Assembly (NCBI GenBank): GCA_002189035.1
Contig: NEEC01000019.1
Coordinates: forward strand, 992,001 to 1,056,000
DNA length: 64,000 nt
Direction: 5' to 3'
From: Utricularia gibba
Lineage: Eukaryota > Plantae > Magnoliophyta
Under the pieces are notes generated by a model that was not told the origin of the DNA, made no database searches, and saw nothing but the letters and a program-made list of their open reading frames with translations. The position numbers were made by a program, and so were the translations under genes. Of the stretch, positions 62,144-64,000 are shown piece by piece (positions within the stretch are counted from its first letter, which is position 1; each line of letters opens with the position of its first letter).

Positions 62144-64000
62144 ATGGGAGACGGTTTGTGTATTATATTTGCTTTGAATGTGTTTCGGTGGTACATCGTG
62201 ATTGATTTCTGATGTTGGCTTCTTCTTCGTCTTCGTTTTGCTTTTATTATTACCGCCCCATCCCATCCCTCTTGAGGATTCTGGCGATGTATTATGTCTT
62301 TTTTTGGGGGGTCTAGTCTATTTCTTGAGGCCTTTGAGTTGCAAGGATCCTTGGGTATGGAGTATGATTTCTCGTGGATGGATCTGGAACTTTTGATTTC
62401 ACTGAAAATCAATCACATTTGAAGTAGGGGTTGTTCTGAAGGGGGGGTTTTGCATCTCGAAATCTGTGATAAGTGCATATTTTGAGCTTCTCCTGTCGTG
62501 AGCCCAGCGCGCTGAATCTCCTGTGATTTAGTTTGTTTGTATTCTTCTGGGTATTTTTCATGGTTATCTCATACCTGCCGTTTGTTATCTAGAATCTAGT
62601 GAGATGCATTCTGAGGATGACAAAGGCTTTGTGGAGAAGAAAAACAGGAAACGGATGGTCAAGACCGCTGCTCAGCGACAAGCATTGGAGAAATTCTTTA
62701 ATGGTTTATGTTCTTGTTATGCTGATTTTTTTCAACGCCTTTGCATTATCAGATGCTGAAATTTGTTCTCTTTTCCTTTTCTTAGAGCACAAATACCCTA
62801 CAGAGGCATTGAAAATGCAATTTGCAGAGACTGTGGGCTTGACAGAGAAGCAAGTTTCTGGCTGGTTTTGTCATAGGAGGTTGAAGGATAAGAAGTCAAT
62901 GGGTGGGGATAACCACCACACCGGAAAGCAAGAGCGATCCAGTGGAGTGATACAGGATCGGGGCAGCGGGCATAAGCAAGATTCATGCGGTAGCACAAAG
63001 CAAGGAGATGATCGGAATTTCGATAACAAGGAAGTTGAAAGTGGAAGGGTGATGTCAAAAGACTACTCTGCAGTGGATCTTGCACATGAGCATTCCACTC
63101 ACTATGCTGGAAAATATGACTCTGAAGATGATACTAACTCAGGATCTAGCTCCCCTTTTAGGGATATGCCAAATCATCGAGATAGAGGTCCTTTCAGCAA
63201 TGAAAATTTGATGCACCTGATGCCTAAACCAGAACATGAAAGGCGATTGAAAGCTCGGTCTGGTCCATCTGGATACTTAAAACTGAAGGGTCGATTGGAA
63301 AATCCTGCCATAAGTGCAGTCAAGAGACGTCTTGGGAAGCGTTACCGGGATGAAGGGCCTCCTCTCAGTGTAGAATTCGATCCACCACCTCCTGGTGCAT
63401 TTGAATTTCCTATGCAAAATCTGCCTCGTGGTTAGTTAAGAATGATTGATTTCTGCAACTGAAGGTTGATCATTGTGTTTTTTCCATGCCTGATTTCTTA
63501 AACGCTACGTTTTTCGTACTTCAGAAAGGTACTATTCCGGGGAAGTATTCCCCCCTACACCATCAGATGTTTCAAGAGCTCCTCAGAATTTGAAGTTTGA
63601 GGAGGTGAAGTTTTTTATTCTCTATGTATTCTTCTGTCTTGTGAAGCTTAAAAAACTTTCAACATTGGAGCATGTTCTTCATCTTTTTTATCCAAGTTGC
63701 AATCTTGCAGGAGCGTGGAGGCTATGAACCTTCCGTTGGTTCCTTCAACAACCATGTTGATGGACCAAGCTTCAAAACAAGGAATGAGTTTAGCAGTCCA
63801 AATGGATACACGCACCCAACTTTTCCACAAAAGACACCTCCGGGAAACAGTGGTGTGTATTATCCATATCGGGGCTCTTCGGTGGAGCAGCGCGAAGGTT
63901 CAACTAGAAATATTCTGCAGACAAGGCCATGGCCTGATCATTTACCTTCTGGTGGGAAGGTGAGAGAAAACATGAAAAATGAGTACTCTGGTTCCAACCC
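62144..64000 (+). CDS. Homeodomain protein (RLT/homeobox-DDT-like homeodomain), 3' partial
   Basis: KTAAQRQALEKFFNEHKYPTEALKMQFAETVGLTEKQVSGWFCHRRLKDKK homeodomain and ENPAISAVKRRLGKRYRDEGPPLSVEFDPPPPGAF. The start is inferred from micro-exon ATGGGAGACG (62144-62153) spliced to about 62592; the alternative ATG is at 62604. Confidence 0.85.

Noticed and set aside
62002-62412. 136-aa minus-strand ORF
   Set aside because: Antisense to the pyrimidine-rich leader and first intron of the homeobox gene, with low-complexity composition and no motif.
1-64000. CRISPR arrays, rRNA or organellar insertions
   Set aside because: No regularly spaced repeat-spacer structure and no rRNA-, plastid- or mitochondrion-like sequence was recognised; this is eukaryotic nuclear DNA.

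Overview
Eukaryotic (flowering plant, probably asterid) nuclear DNA. It is unusually gene-dense with short introns, which suggests a compact genome such as Lentibulariaceae; this is inference only. About 17 protein-coding genes look intact or near-intact: a kinesin-light-chain-type TPR protein, EIL3/SLIM1-like, UGT92-like glycosyltransferase, CPI1, an AN1-only SAP, an orphan 4-TM protein, SEC62, one HMA protein, RETICULATA-related, TRAUCO/ASH2R, RRP45, a secreted beta-propeller, Y14/RBM8A, THUMPD1, PRAF/RLD and a 3'-partial homeobox gene. There are two accessory blocks. (1) At 11.6-23.5 kb a CWC22 pseudogene carries about 10 lesions. Its leader is split from a site-II-rich promoter by a 7.6-kb nested insertion: a decayed full-length CRM-clade Ty3/gypsy element (LTRs about 95% identical, Met-tRNA PBS, PPT, CR-motif integrase tail running into the 3' LTR) sits inside a solo LTR flanked by a perfect 6-bp TSD. 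(2) At 29.1-35.6 kb an AT-rich island holds three fast-diverging, CxxC-less HMA-domain genes in birth-and-death decay. EIL3 (two sites) and Y14 (one site) carry single-base deletions in G/C homopolymers, most likely consensus errors but needing a check. No rRNA, tRNA, snRNA or CRISPR features were recognised. All exon boundaries were read by hand and are approximate.
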